Below are positions 26,561-40,215 of a DNA stretch of 64,000 nt, one piece after another. Numbering within the stretch: the stretch's first letter is position 1; each line of letters starts with the position of its first letter. This DNA comes from Eledone cirrhosa (lineage: Eukaryota). The DNA is taken from contig OZ024745.1 of the NCBI GenBank assembly GCA_964016885.1, forward strand, positions 30,814,001 to 30,878,000, in the 5' to 3' direction. The notes below the pieces were generated by a model. That model did not search any database. It saw only the letters and a list, made by a program, of their open reading frames with translations, and was not told the DNA's origin. Both the position numbers and the translations under genes were made by a program.

Positions 26561-26984
26561 TCCAAAAATGTGTAAATATGTATACATACCTACCTACCTA
26601 CCTACCTACCTACCTACCTAACTACATACATACATACTTACATATTTTGAGGTAAATGTACTTACTACTAATATTTATGTATACATATATTTAGAGTTAA
26701 GTGTAAAGTGCGATTGAAAGATAAGTTTCGCTGAATGCAACCCAGTTTTTCCGTTATCGAGAGGATATACGAGTGTCGAGGACGCAGCTGTTGACGAATG
26801 GAAATCTAACAACATAACTAATTAGAAACTCAGCTGTTTTTATATAATACAAACACTGTCATTTGTACTGCTATATAATCAGTACTATAACCCATACTGT
26901 AACACATACTGTAACATATACAATGTCGATAGCGGAGACGTGTAGCTGACCATGTTTACACTACTACTACTACTTCTGCTGCTG

Positions 26985-27043
<59 letters not shown>

Positions 27044-27084
27044 GTTGCTACTACTACTAGAGAAAAGAGATAGGAAAAGAATCG

Positions 27085-27250
27085 GCCTCCAGTAGTGGAC
27101 TGGTACTTTATTTATGGACCTCGACTTGATGAAAGATAAAGTTGACCTCGGCAGGATTTGAACTCTGAGGGCAGAGATTCAGAAGAAAGATAGCAATTTT
27201 TATTGTTTTAATATTTTTTCACGTTCTAACGATATTGCCAATTTGTCACC
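27085..27250 (-). mobile_element. Diverged SINE (family 1-related)
   Basis: TGGTACTTTATTT..GATGAAAG..GGATTTGAACTC. Confidence 0.6.
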
Positions 27251-27262
27251 AACGCTGACAAA

Positions 27263-27678
27263 CGAGGCTCAGCTGAAAAGTTCATAGGCTGATTATGAAG
27301 GAATGATGCTAGAGCTGTGAAATCTTGCATGCACTTATTTCAACGATTCTTATTGATAACTGCATTTTTTTCTTTCCAGGGACTATGTTGAAAAATAAAT
27401 CTCATTTGGTCATTCCATGAGAGTATCTTGGTCAGCCTATGAACTTTTCAGTCTAACTTTTCATACTCACTTTTTAATCAGTAGAGAAGAGACTTAACCC
27501 CACAGTTACAAGTGCAAAGATGGGAAATAAAAGTTGAATAAACAAGATTTTGTTTTAAATAGACAAACAAAAAGAACTGCATTGTTTCTTTCCAGGGACT
27601 ATTTTGAAAAATAAACCTCATTTGGTCATTCCATGAGAGTATCTTGGTCAGCCTATGAACTTTTCAGCCAACCCTCGT
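27263..27678. mobile_element. Mariner-type MITE with internal duplication
   Basis: TIRs CGAGG..GCTGAAAAGTTCATAGGCTGA / TCAGCCTATGAACTTTTCAGCCAACCCTCG-TA. Related copy at 51590-51788. Confidence 0.75.
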
Positions 27679-28329
27679 ATATTAATGGTTTTGTGAGGCC
27701 AGAGTGAAATATCTTGTAATATGATTTAGACATCATACAGTTAAAATAGCAAAACTTGTCCCTTGCTACTTTCAATTACAGATTGACACGGTATTTAATA
27801 TGTAATCAGCACAATACTAGAGTTCATAAACAATTTTTCAGTCGGTCCCCTGGTCTCTTCCAATCTGGTCTCTTCCAATCCTCATTACTGAGGGTCAGGG
27901 ACTATGGACAGTTAATTGCACCAATACTCATCTATATGATGCTGTATGTCCGTGATTCTCATCGGGAAAAAATATGACGCCGCTGGGTCCCTAATCCCTT
28001 CCTTCATGTTAACATATGTAAGCGTATGGAAATTTATTATATCTCATAGGAATTCTTTAGTAAATATTTAAATATGATGTCTTTATAAAGTAACCTAATA
28101 CCTTGTTTTCTTAAAATATATTCAAGCAACTATCAACAGAAAACCTGTTAACGATATATACCAATTAGAAGTCTTTATACTAAATAACGATAATAATACT
28201 TCCATTAAGGATACTTAGTGGGAAGTGGTATTTATGAAATATTTACAAAGGCTTCTTCTTCTTCTTCTTCTTCTTCTTCTTCTTCGTCCACTTGTTACTG
28301 AGGGTCCTGTGGTAAGGTTTATGCTAAGT

Positions 28330-28790
28330 GTCTGGCAACGAAATGTAGGAATGTTGTTGAGCAAGCTAGCTGATGAACACAACGGGAAGTCTTCAAGAAA
28401 TCGTGGGAGTAGTGTCAAGAGGTGTATGGTTGTTTCGAAGATTTGGAAAAGGCAAATGACTGCGTTCCACGGAACCTTTGGGGGAATATTCTGCAAAAGT
28501 GTGGGTTCCATGGACAACTTCTTAATGCTCTGAAGTCTCTATACGAATGCCGGATAAATGGTACTCACTCGAAACCATTCAATGTGGGTATCGGACTCCG
28601 CCAAGAGTGCGCACTGTCTCCTCTCCTGTTCATAATCTTCATGAATGGGATTGACAGCGCAGCCGGGTTGGAAGTGGTATGAAAACCGGTGGGTTTAGAA
28701 TCAGTCGGCTGGAATTTGCAGACGACATGGTACTACTTAATAAGTCGGAAGGTGATCTCTGGCATACACTGGAAAGGTTTGCTGCCCCCC
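28330..28790 (+). pseudogene. RTE-type LINE RT fragment
   Basis: CFEDLEKANDCVPR..GLRQECALSPLLFIIFM..LEFADDMVLL across frameshifts. Confidence 0.8.
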
Positions 28791-28894
28791 AAAAATGAAG
28801 TTTATATAGGTTTAATAGGTATATCAAAATTTGATATTAATACTGATACAATTGACATATTGACATATTCGTTAGAACGTCAATTGACATATTG

Positions 28895-29180
28895 ACATAT
28901 TCGTTAGAACGTCAGATAGAATGCTTTCCAGTATTCGTTCCGACTCTCGGCTCTCTCAGTTCAAATCCCGCCAAAGTCAACTTTGTCTTTCATCCCTTCA
29001 AACTCGATAAAAAGGCACATTCTAGTACTGGGGTCGATTCTTCCTCAATATTTCTTTCTCACTTCCTTTCTCTCATTCTCTGGAAGAAATCTGCTGTATT
29101 CAGACCTGGAGAGGAGATGGGCTCCGCCAGGTTTTAAAATGCCTTAGAAACGCTATATATCAATGTGGCGCCCCTATTCC
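28895..29180 (+). mobile_element. Diverged SINE plus adjacent shared repeat
   Basis: Homologous in reverse orientation to 44655-44940 and 54660-54945. Confidence 0.6.
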
Positions 29181-30270
29181 ATCAGGGTCCATACATATTG
29201 ATACAACGAGTCAAAGAAAAAGCCTGTATGTAATTATATGACATGCTAGAAGTAAGACAAATGTCTCTTAAATAACTTTACATCATACTAATAAAAACGT
29301 TGAACATATTGGATGAGGCAGTTCTAGATACGGTGTGTGTGAATATATGTCAGATGGTCATGTCTGAAATATCGTTCATAATAGAGATATACCAGCTGAA
29401 TTAGATTTGACGTAGAGGTTACATAACAGTTTCAATACCAGTTATAACAACAGAAACAATAACAACAACTTCATTACAGTCAACAACAACAACAGTTGCA
29501 TCACAGACAACAGCAATAACTATATCCATGGTTATTAACTATGCAAAAATACCAAGTTCTGTTGATGAAATTCTCAACAGGAAAACATATATATATATCC
29601 TCCTGTTTAGAAACCACATGCTGTTTATTAAATTTACTTTTCAGGACAGGATGAATATTGTGTATTTTGCGAGACGTTTTAAGGAATCAGTTTTACTAAT
29701 ATATTTTTTGACAATTTTAATCTAAATATCATCTTGATTACCGTATCATTTGTCAGAAGATGCTGTGACCTGTTTATTTATTTGTTAGACATGTAAATAA
29801 GGTGGGAGGCAGTGACCATGACCTCAGCAGACTTAATTAACCAGACTAGTAATATAAATACAGTTGATATTCAATTTGATTGAGGTGGTATATATTTCAA
29901 ACGGTTCTTATAGCGATTCTAGAGCTAAATTATGCAAATGATTACAGATCACACATGGGAGTCGGATCAAACAATCACCAGGAAATTAAATCCAAACACC
30001 GAATCGCTACACTGATAATGTCGTTAAAAAATCGGGTAAAAGATCCTTTGTGGACAGAATATAAGTGGTCAGCAGCTACTACAGAGAATCGAACTCTGTA
30101 TCATCATCACAATGCCTCGTAAGATTTATTCACTAGAAATTTAATTTGAGGGAAATTTTTTTATTTTTTTTTACTAATAGTTTGGTTAAAATCGGAAATG
30201 CGACACCTGTAACTTATTTGATGACAAGAAGAACTGGAAGGAAATATAGGATACGTGTAGGGTACTTCAA

Positions 30271-30316
<46 letters not shown>

Positions 30317-30657
30317 CAAATCCCGACCGCAGGGCCAAATGGGTTGGGCTTGTGTGTTCAGCAAACCTTTCCAAAGTTGTTGAATTTTTGCAGGGTGTGT
30401 AAAAATAGGTTGCTAATGATTGTAGGGTTGTGGTCAAATTTGTTACTGTGGTAAGCTGGGCTGATGAAGAAAGTGCATATAAGACAAAATGGTGTACAAA
30501 CTTAATTCCAGCAAGAAGAGGAAGCACAAAAGAAAACAGATAGTCATTGAGAAAGTCACGGAATGTGTGACGAAAGCATAAAGATAAAGTGAAAATCATA
30601 TGGGACGTGATTTTCTTTTTATTTGCGATAGTAGCAACATGACCATCCCCAAATATA

Positions 30658-30744
<87 letters not shown>

Positions 30745-30886
30745 TCTTTTACCCTTTTACCTGTTCCAGCCATCCGGCTGACGCCATGCTGGGGCACCGC
30801 CCTTGAATATATATATATATATATATATATTCATATATGCACATTTAAATATATCTATCTATCTATCTCTCTCTCTCTATATATAT

Positions 30887-30942
<56 letters not shown>

Positions 30943-30943
30943 T

Positions 30944-31000
<57 letters not shown>

Positions 31001-31032
31001 TGAGCTCTTTGTATACTGTATATCAAAGGCAA

Positions 31033-31066
<34 letters not shown>

Positions 31067-31469
31067 CGCGCGCACGCACATGTTTTAATGAACCAGGTTC
31101 AGTCTTGTGGAATAGTTTATTCAGATATAGCACGTAAATAAATGTCCCATTCAACATTTGTAAAGGGCGCAAGACTAATGTTTGTACGTCGCCATTAATG
31201 CTCCACCTCTTTATACAGTTCACCGGCACACGCTACAAAAAGCCAGGCACGTACATTATAAATATGTATACACATATAATATAAATATATGCATATATAT
31301 AAATAAAAATATAGAACCATCTCAAATAAGGCTCAGTGTTGACCGAAGAGAAGATCGCAGTAAAGTACTTTAAAATAAAGAAAGCTTATAAGCGTCTCAC
31401 GCCAGGGGTAAATTTCTTGTCAAGCGACCTAAATCTAGAGATCTGAATATATATATATATTTATCCCTA

Positions 31470-31800
31470 TGGAGGCACATGGCTTAGTGGTTAGAGCATT
31501 GGCCTTGCAATCAAAAGGTTGTGAGTTCAATTCTCGGACCAGGTGATGTGTTGTTTCCTTGAGCAAGACACTTTATTTCACATTGCTCCAGTTTACTCAG
31601 CTGTAGAAATGGGATGATAGGGACTGGGGTCCCGCTGCAAAGTGGTCGTGGAGGTGCCACGGCAAAAAAAGCACCCAGCACTCACTGTAAATGAGGTTGG
31701 TGTTAGGAAGGGCATCCAGCTGTAGAAATCAAGCCAGAACAGAACCAGTTCCCGTCCCACCCTTGCAAGCAGGGAAAAGCAGTCGTAAAATGATGATGAT
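31470..31800 (+). mobile_element. tRNA-derived CORE-type SINE with (GAT)n tail
   Basis: TGGCTTAGTGGTTAGAGC A-box, GAGTTCAATTC B-box, CORE-like TTGAGCAAGACACTT. Confidence 0.75.
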
Positions 31801-31820
31801 GATGATGATGATATAGACCA

Positions 31821-31880
<60 letters not shown>

Positions 31881-32048
31881 ATATGTATATAGGAAAAGAG
31901 TGAGGACCCGACAGCTAGATCCCAACTAAGCCACTAGGAGCTCAGCCGTCGGGGTCCTGACTCTTTTCCTATTACCCACTTTACTACCCTAAGTATTGAG
32001 TACTCTGGTGCGTTACGGTCCACCTGGTATCTTACCACACCCTCTTTG

Positions 32049-32104
<56 letters not shown>

Positions 32105-32329
32105 AAATGGCGTGCTGCGTTGTTGCAAATGGGATACATATGAATAAAATTAGAACAAGAAGACAGGACTTACATCATCAGTGATCTTCCAGCCATCATC
32201 GGTATTTCTTCGCATTGTGTGTGTATGTGCGTAATTATGTATATGTGTGTGCGTGTATGCATGTGTGAATGTATGTTTGTATGAATGTGTGTGTGTGTGC
32301 ACGCGTGTGTGTGTGTGTGTGAATGTTAG

Positions 32330-32705
32330 TTACATTGTTAGAGCTGATGTTAGCGGAATCCCAAAGCAAGTCCTTTATAGCGAATTAATATCTGGTGCAG
32401 GACCATAAAACAAACGAAAACTGTGTTTTATGGATTGTGTGAAAGATTCCTTAACAGTGCAAAATTGACTCATTTCACTGGGAGGTCATGGCATCAGATA
32501 TAACAAGTGGTGCACCGTTATATCTACTGGTGTAATACATTATCAGGAATCTGCTTCAGAATGGGCAATCATTAAGTGGGCAGCTAGGAAAGGCCAACAT
32601 ATGGAAACCTCTGTATCTCAGTTTGTAAGCAATGTATATGTCCGAATATGCTTGTCAAAAGTTGGCTATACAAGCCATCTACGTAAGCATGTAGAAATAT
32701 CATTC
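32330..32705 (+). pseudogene. Degenerate RTE 3' fragment
   Basis: RIPKQVLYSELI..RKLCFMDCVKDSL..W..MASD..KW..CLSKVG..SHLRKH, similar to 25169-25800. Confidence 0.65.
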
Positions 32706-33328
32706 CTAACATCCAGTTCGACATGATATATATATAGCAGAGGATTTTAGAATAAGAAAGAACTTACAATACATAATCATGATTCGGATTAGACTGAAGA
32801 GCCGAATGATGGAAGGAGTGAATTCCAATGCAATAAAGTATGCAAGTCCCGAGCAATCCTTAAAAGCTACTACAGGTCTGACAACTACTGTTAGAGATAT
32901 ACTATTTGTCAGTGATGATCTTACTCGTTTAACGAGTAAGGCCATTATGTATGTATGTATGTTTTTTTATGCATGTATGTATGAACGTGTCTATATATGG
33001 GTGCATAAGCAAGGAATATGGGATTCATTAATACAAATGAGTATCGCAAGCCGTCTTAGTGAGATTTTGTCATAAAGATTGGAACAGCAGATATAGTGGT
33101 ATGGTTTCTTGTTACAATTGTGTAGATGTAGGTAAGAGAGGAATTTGAGTGTTTGTAAGAGTAGAGGAAATTCATGTTTAGTTGTTGAGAGACTGACAAC
33201 GGAAGTCAAGAAAAATAGTTTGAAATGGCGGATGATATTTGGCCCAGCGAATTAGCAAGCCGGAAGTTTTCCACACTGTCTGTCACACATGCCACCTCAC
33301 GTATCTCTACTAACCAATACACACATAC

Positions 33329-33381
<53 letters not shown>

Positions 33382-33421
33382 TGAATGTATGTATATATAT
33401 ATATATATGTATGCCTGCGTG

Positions 33422-33525
<104 letters not shown>

Positions 33526-33657
33526 GTGTGTGTGTGCGTGCGCGTGTGCGTATGTGTGTGTGTGTGCATGAATTGTTGTAAGCTTAAAATAAGCTACTTT
33601 CAACGTGTTTTTTCGACTGTGAAAAATAGTTGATGTCTTAAAGTATATTCATGCGTG

Positions 33658-33689
<32 letters not shown>

Positions 33690-34097
33690 CGTGTGTGTGT
33701 GTATGTGTGTGTGTAGTTAAATCTTAGACAGGAACAAAAACAGAGAGGCAGTACAAATAGTAGTTTGAGAGTGTGTAGGGGGGGGGCGTTTTGGGCATAT
33801 ATATATATACATATGAATATACATATACATATATATATATATGTGAGTGTGTGTGTGTGTGCAAAATAATAAAGATTTGAAGACGCGCCTAATGTTGTTT
33901 ATGTACGTACATGTTTACAATACACAATGAAAAGAAATAAGTTCATACAAAATATATTTTAGCTTTTTTTTCTAAAAATTGTAGCTAGGTTTTCAAAAAT
34001 AGTCATATATTTACTAACATGTTTATCTGTGTGTATGATTTCGCTACATATATATGTCTGTGTATGTAACTCTGAATAATTGAATAAATGTGTGTGT

Positions 34098-34242
<145 letters not shown>

Positions 34243-34566
34243 TGTGTGTGTGTGTGTGTGTGTGCGTGCGTTTGTTTGTTTGTGTGTGTATAAATACCGC
34301 GACACAATACTGTTCATTGTTACGGGCGTGCTAGGCAGACTTCTTACAGCAGTCCCAGTAACAAATACAAGGACACCACCAGTAATCACATCAATATAAG
34401 TCAATGGAATTAAACAAACTACACAGACGAAACGTGTATGAGTGAAACAGACAGTCGGTGATATCGTAGACAAACTACGACCACCCAGTGTAGGTATCTG
34501 TAGAATTATATAGGAAACAAAACGATTTTTATTGGAATCGAAGTTATATATATATATATATATATA

Positions 34567-37500
34567 TAAATGTAAGTATGCATGTATACGTACATACATA
34601 TATGTATACAGACGTACAGTAGCATGCACATATATATATATATATATACATATATACATACATATGCATACAGGTACACATACATATATGCACGTATCAG
34701 TTTAGCGGCGCTTATTATAACGTCGCTTTGTTCGTTTGTAAACAAACTGAAAAGCCTGAATTTATGCCATACGGTGTTAAGGCAACCACGTCACCTTTTT
34801 GTTCAACACTGACACAGGAACGATGTACTAGTTTCAAGCTTGTTAGCTATCATCAGCACCGTTTACCCATCTGCCAGATAGTTGAACGTTCGAAAGTATA
34901 TACTTTCCTTATGAAAATTAACGGCTGAGCAGCCTAATTTGCATATTGAGTGAGTTAAATCGGTCAGGCATACCGAAAACGATAAATTGAAACAAAATGA
35001 AAACGAAATTTCATTTCTCACTCTTAGTATGGCACTTACTTAAATGTAAGTATGCATGTATACGTACATACATATATGTATACAGACGTACAGTAGCATG
35101 CACATATATATATATATATATACATATATACATACATATGCATACAGGTACACATACATATATGCACGTATCAGTTTAGCGGCGCTTATTATAACGTCGC
35201 TTTGTTCGTTTGTAAACAAACTGAAAAGCCTGAATTTATGCCATACGGTGTTAAGGCAACCACGTCACCTTTTTGTTCAACACTGACACAGGAACGATGT
35301 ACTAGTTTCAAGCTTGTTAGCTATCATCAGCACCGTTTACCCATCTGCCAGATAGTTGAACGTTCGAAAGTATATACTTTCCTTATGAAAATTAACGGCT
35401 GAGCAGCCTAATTTGCATATTGAGTGAGTTAAATCGGTCAGGCATACCGAAAACGATAAATTGAAACAAAATGAAAACGAAATTTCATTTCTCACTCTTA
35501 GTATGGCACTTACTTAAATGTAAGTATGCATGTATACGTACATACATATATGTATACAGACGTACAGTAGCATGCACATATATATATATATATATACATA
35601 TATACATACATATGCATACAGGTACACATACATATATGCACGTATCAGTTTAGCGGCGCTTATTATAACGTCGCTTTGTTCGTTTGTAAACAAACTGAAA
35701 AGCCTGAATTTATGCCATACGGTGTTAAGGCAACCACGTCACCTTTTTGTTCAACACTGACACAGGAACGATGTACTAGTTTCAAGCTTGTTAGCTATCA
35801 TCAGCACCGTTTACCCATCTGCCAGATAGTTGAACGTTCGAAAGTATATACTTTCCTTATGAAAATTAACGGCTGAGCAGCCTAATTTGCATATTGAGTG
35901 AGTTAAATCGGTCAGGCATACCGAAAACGATAAATTGAAACAAAATGAAAACGAAATTTCATTTCTCACTCTTAGTATGGCACTTACTTAAATGTAAGTA
36001 TGCATGTATACGTACATACATATATGTATACAGACGTACAGTAGCATGCACATATATATATATATATATACATATATACATACATATGCATACAGGTACA
36101 CATACATATATGCACGTATCAGTTTAGCGGCGCTTATTATAACGTCGCTTTGTTCGTTTGTAAACAAACTGAAAAGCCTGAATTTATGCCATACGGTGTT
36201 AAGGCAACCACGTCACCTTTTTGTTCAACACTGACACAGGAACGATGTACTAGTTTCAAGCTTGTTAGCTATCATCAGCACCGTTTACCCATCTGCCAGA
36301 TAGTTGAACGTTCGAAAGTATATACTTTCCTTATGAAAATTAACGGCTGAGCAGCCTAATTTGCATATTGAGTGAGTTAAATCGGTCAGGCATACCGAAA
36401 ACGATAAATTGAAACAAAATGAAAACGAAATTTCATTTCTCACTCTTAGTATGGCACTTACTTAAATGTAAGTATGCATGTATACGTACATACATATATG
36501 TATACAGACGTACAGTAGCATGCACATATATATATATATATATACATATATACATACATATGCATACAGGTACACATACATATATGCACGTATCAGTTTA
36601 GCGGCGCTTATTATAACGTCGCTTTGTTCGTTTGTAAACAAACTGAAAAGCCTGAATTTATGCCATACGGTGTTAAGGCAACCACGTCACCTTTTTGTTC
36701 AACACTGACACAGGAACGATGTACTAGTTTCAAGCTTGTTAGCTATCATCAGCACCGTTTACCCATCTGCCAGATAGTTGAACGTTCGAAAGTATATACT
36801 TTCCTTATGAAAATTAACGGCTGAGCAGCCTAATTTGCATATTGAGTGAGTTAAATCGGTCAGGCATACCGAAAACGATAAATTGAAACAAAATGAAAAC
36901 GAAATTTCATTTCTCACTCTTAGTATGGCACTTACTTAAATGTAAGTATGCATGTATACGTACATACATATATGTATACAGACGTACAGTAGCATGCACA
37001 TATATATATATATATATACATATATACATACATATGCATACAGGTACACATACATATATGCACGTATCAGTTTAGCGGCGCTTATTATAACGTCGCTTTG
37101 TTCGTTTGTAAACAAACTGAAAAGCCTGAATTTATGCCATACGGTGTTAAGGCAACCACGTCACCTTTTTGTTCAACACTGACACAGGAACGATGTACTA
37201 GTTTCAAGCTTGTTAGCTATCATCAGCACCGTTTACCCATCTGCCAGATAGTTGAACGTTCGAAAGTATATACTTTCCTTATGAAAATTAACGGCTGAGC
37301 AGCCTAATTTGCATATTGAGTGAGTTAAATCGGTCAGGCATACCGAAAACGATAAATTGAAACAAAATGAAAACGAAATTTCATTTCTCACTCTTAGTAT
37401 GGCACTTACTTAAATGTAAGTATGCATGTATACGTACATACATATATGTATACAGACGTACAGTAGCATGCACATATATATATATATATATACATATATA

Positions 37501-37836
37501 CATACATATGCATACAGGTACACATACATATATGCACGTATCAGTTTAGCGGCGCTTATTATAACGTCGCTTTGTTCGTTTGTAAACAAACTGAAAAGCC
37601 TGAATTTATGCCATACGGTGTTAAGGCAACCACGTCACCTTTTTGTTCAACACTGACACAGGAACGATGTACTAGTTTCAAGCTTGTTAGCTATCATCAG
37701 CACCGTTTACCCATCTGCCAGATAGTTGAACGTTCGAAAGTATATACTTTCCTTATGAAAATTAACGGCTGAGCAGCCTAATTTGCATATTGAGTGAGTT
37801 AAATCGGTCAGGCATACCGAAAACGATAAATTGAAA
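34567..37836 (-). mobile_element. Left arm: ~6.9 tandem copies of a 474-bp hammerhead-containing unit (ribozyme on minus strand)
   Basis: Exact 474-bp period (ORF track repeats at 34582, 35056, 35530...). HHRs at 34819-34863, 35293-35337, 35767-35811, 36241-36285, 36715-36759, 37189-37233 and 37663-37707. Confidence 0.95.
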
Positions 37837-37888
37837 TTTGTTTCAATTTATCGTTTTCGGTATGCCTGACCGATTTAACTCACTCAAT

Positions 37889-37896
37889 ATGCAAAT
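37889..37896 (+). promoter_or_regulatory. Octamer motif ATGCAAAT, present in every 474-bp unit
   Basis: Perfect octamer starting 88 bp before CTGATGA. Context is conserved with 6847-6869. Confidence 0.45.
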
Positions 37897-37969
37897 TAGG
37901 CTGCTCAGCCGTTAATTTTCATAAGGAAAGTATATACTTTCGAACGTTCAACTATCTGGCAGATGGGTA

Positions 37970-38014
37970 AACGGTGCTGATGATAGCTAACAAGCTTGAA
38001 ACTAGTACATCGTT
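37970..38014 (+). ncRNA. Type I hammerhead ribozyme (representative of 12 copies)
   Basis: AACGGTG-CTGATGA-T-AGCT aaca AGCT-T-GAAA-CTAG-TA^CATCGTT. Helix I extends over 37946-38032 (ATGGG/CCTGT, CTGGC/GTCAG, GTTCAAC/GTTGAAC). Predicted cleavage after 38007. Confidence 0.88.
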
Positions 38015-40215
38015 CCTGTGTCAGTGTTGAACAAAAAGGTGACGTGGTTGCCTTAACACCGTATGGCATAAATTCAGGCTTTTCAGTTTGTTTACAAACG
38101 AACAAAGCGACGTTATAATAAGCGCCGCTAAACTGATACGTGCATATATGTATGTGTACCTGTATGCATATGTATGTATATATGTATATATATATATATA
38201 TATGTGCATGCTACTGTACGTCTGTATACATATATGTATGTACGTATACATGCATACTTACATTTAAGTAAGTGCCATACTAAGAGTGAGAAATGAAATT
38301 TCGTTTTCATTTTGTTTCAATTTATCGTTTTCGGTATGCCTGACCGATTTAACTCACTCAATATGCAAATTAGGCTGCTCAGCCGTTAATTTTCATAAGG
38401 AAAGTATATACTTTCGAACGTTCAACTATCTGGCAGATGGGTAAACGGTGCTGATGATAGCTAACAAGCTTGAAACTAGTACATCGTTCCTGTGTCAGTG
38501 TTGAACAAAAAGGTGACGTGGTTGCCTTAACACCGTATGGCATAAATTCAGGCTTTTCAGTTTGTTTACAAACGAACAAAGCGACGTTATAATAAGCGCC
38601 GCTAAACTGATACGTGCATATATGTATGTGTACCTGTATGCATATGTATGTATATATGTATATATATATATATATATGTGCATGCTACTGTACGTCTGTA
38701 TACATATATGTATGTACGTATACATGCATACTTACATTTAAGTAAGTGCCATACTAAGAGTGAGAAATGAAATTTCGTTTTCATTTTGTTTCAATTTATC
38801 GTTTTCGGTATGCCTGACCGATTTAACTCACTCAATATGCAAATTAGGCTGCTCAGCCGTTAATTTTCATAAGGAAAGTATATACTTTCGAACGTTCAAC
38901 TATCTGGCAGATGGGTAAACGGTGCTGATGATAGCTAACAAGCTTGAAACTAGTACATCGTTCCTGTGTCAGTGTTGAACAAAAAGGTGACGTGGTTGCC
39001 TTAACACCGTATGGCATAAATTCAGGCTTTTCAGTTTGTTTACAAACGAACAAAGCGACGTTATAATAAGCGCCGCTAAACTGATACGTGCATATATGTA
39101 TGTGTACCTGTATGCATATGTATGTATATATGTATATATATATATATATATGTGCATGCTACTGTACGTCTGTATACATATATGTATGTACGTATACATG
39201 CATACTTACATTTAAGTAAGTGCCATACTAAGAGTGAGAAATGAAATTTCGTTTTCATTTTGTTTCAATTTATCGTTTTCGGTATGCCTGACCGATTTAA
39301 CTCACTCAATATGCAAATTAGGCTGCTCAGCCGTTAATTTTCATAAGGAAAGTATATACTTTCGAACGTTCAACTATCTGGCAGATGGGTAAACGGTGCT
39401 GATGATAGCTAACAAGCTTGAAACTAGTACATCGTTCCTGTGTCAGTGTTGAACAAAAAGGTGACGTGGTTGCCTTAACACCGTATGGCATAAATTCAGG
39501 CTTTTCAGTTTGTTTACAAACGAACAAAGCGACGTTATAATAAGCGCCGCTAAACTGATACGTGCATATATGTATGTGTACCTGTATGCATATGTATGTA
39601 TATATGTATATATATATATATATATGTGCATGCTACTGTACGTCTGTATACATATATGTATGTACGTATACATGCATACTTACATTTAAGTAAGTGCCAT
39701 ACTAAGAGTGAGAAATGAAATTTCGTTTTCATTTTGTTTCAATTTATCGTTTTCGGTATGCCTGACCGATTTAACTCACTCAATATGCAAATTAGGCTGC
39801 TCAGCCGTTAATTTTCATAAGGAAAGTATATACTTTCGAACGTTCAACTATCTGGCAGATGGGTAAACGGTGCTGATGATAGCTAACAAGCTTGAAACTA
39901 GTACATCGTTCCTGTGTCAGTGTTGAACAAAAAGGTGACGTGGTTGCCTTAACACCGTATGGCATAAATTCAGGCTTTTCAGTTTGTTTACAAACGAACA
40001 AAGCGACGTTATAATAAGCGCCGCTAAACTGATACGTGCATATATGTATGTGTACCTGTATGCATATGTATGTATATATGTATATATATATATATATATG
40101 TGCATGCTACTGTACGTCTGTATACATATATGTATGTACGTATACATGCATACTTACATTTAAGTAAGTGCCATACTAAGAGTGAGAAATGAAATTTCGT
40201 TTTCATTTTGTTTCA

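Noticed and set aside
35024-35052. CRESS-virus or Helitron origin (TAGTATGGC next to a hairpin)
   Set aside because: Does not match the TAGTATTAC nonamer, is not in the hairpin loop, and there is no Rep ORF.
34582-40206. 60/66/76-aa ORFs repeated in each 474-bp unit
   Set aside because: Short, overlapping, partly microsatellite-derived, antisense to the ribozyme, with no recognisable domain.
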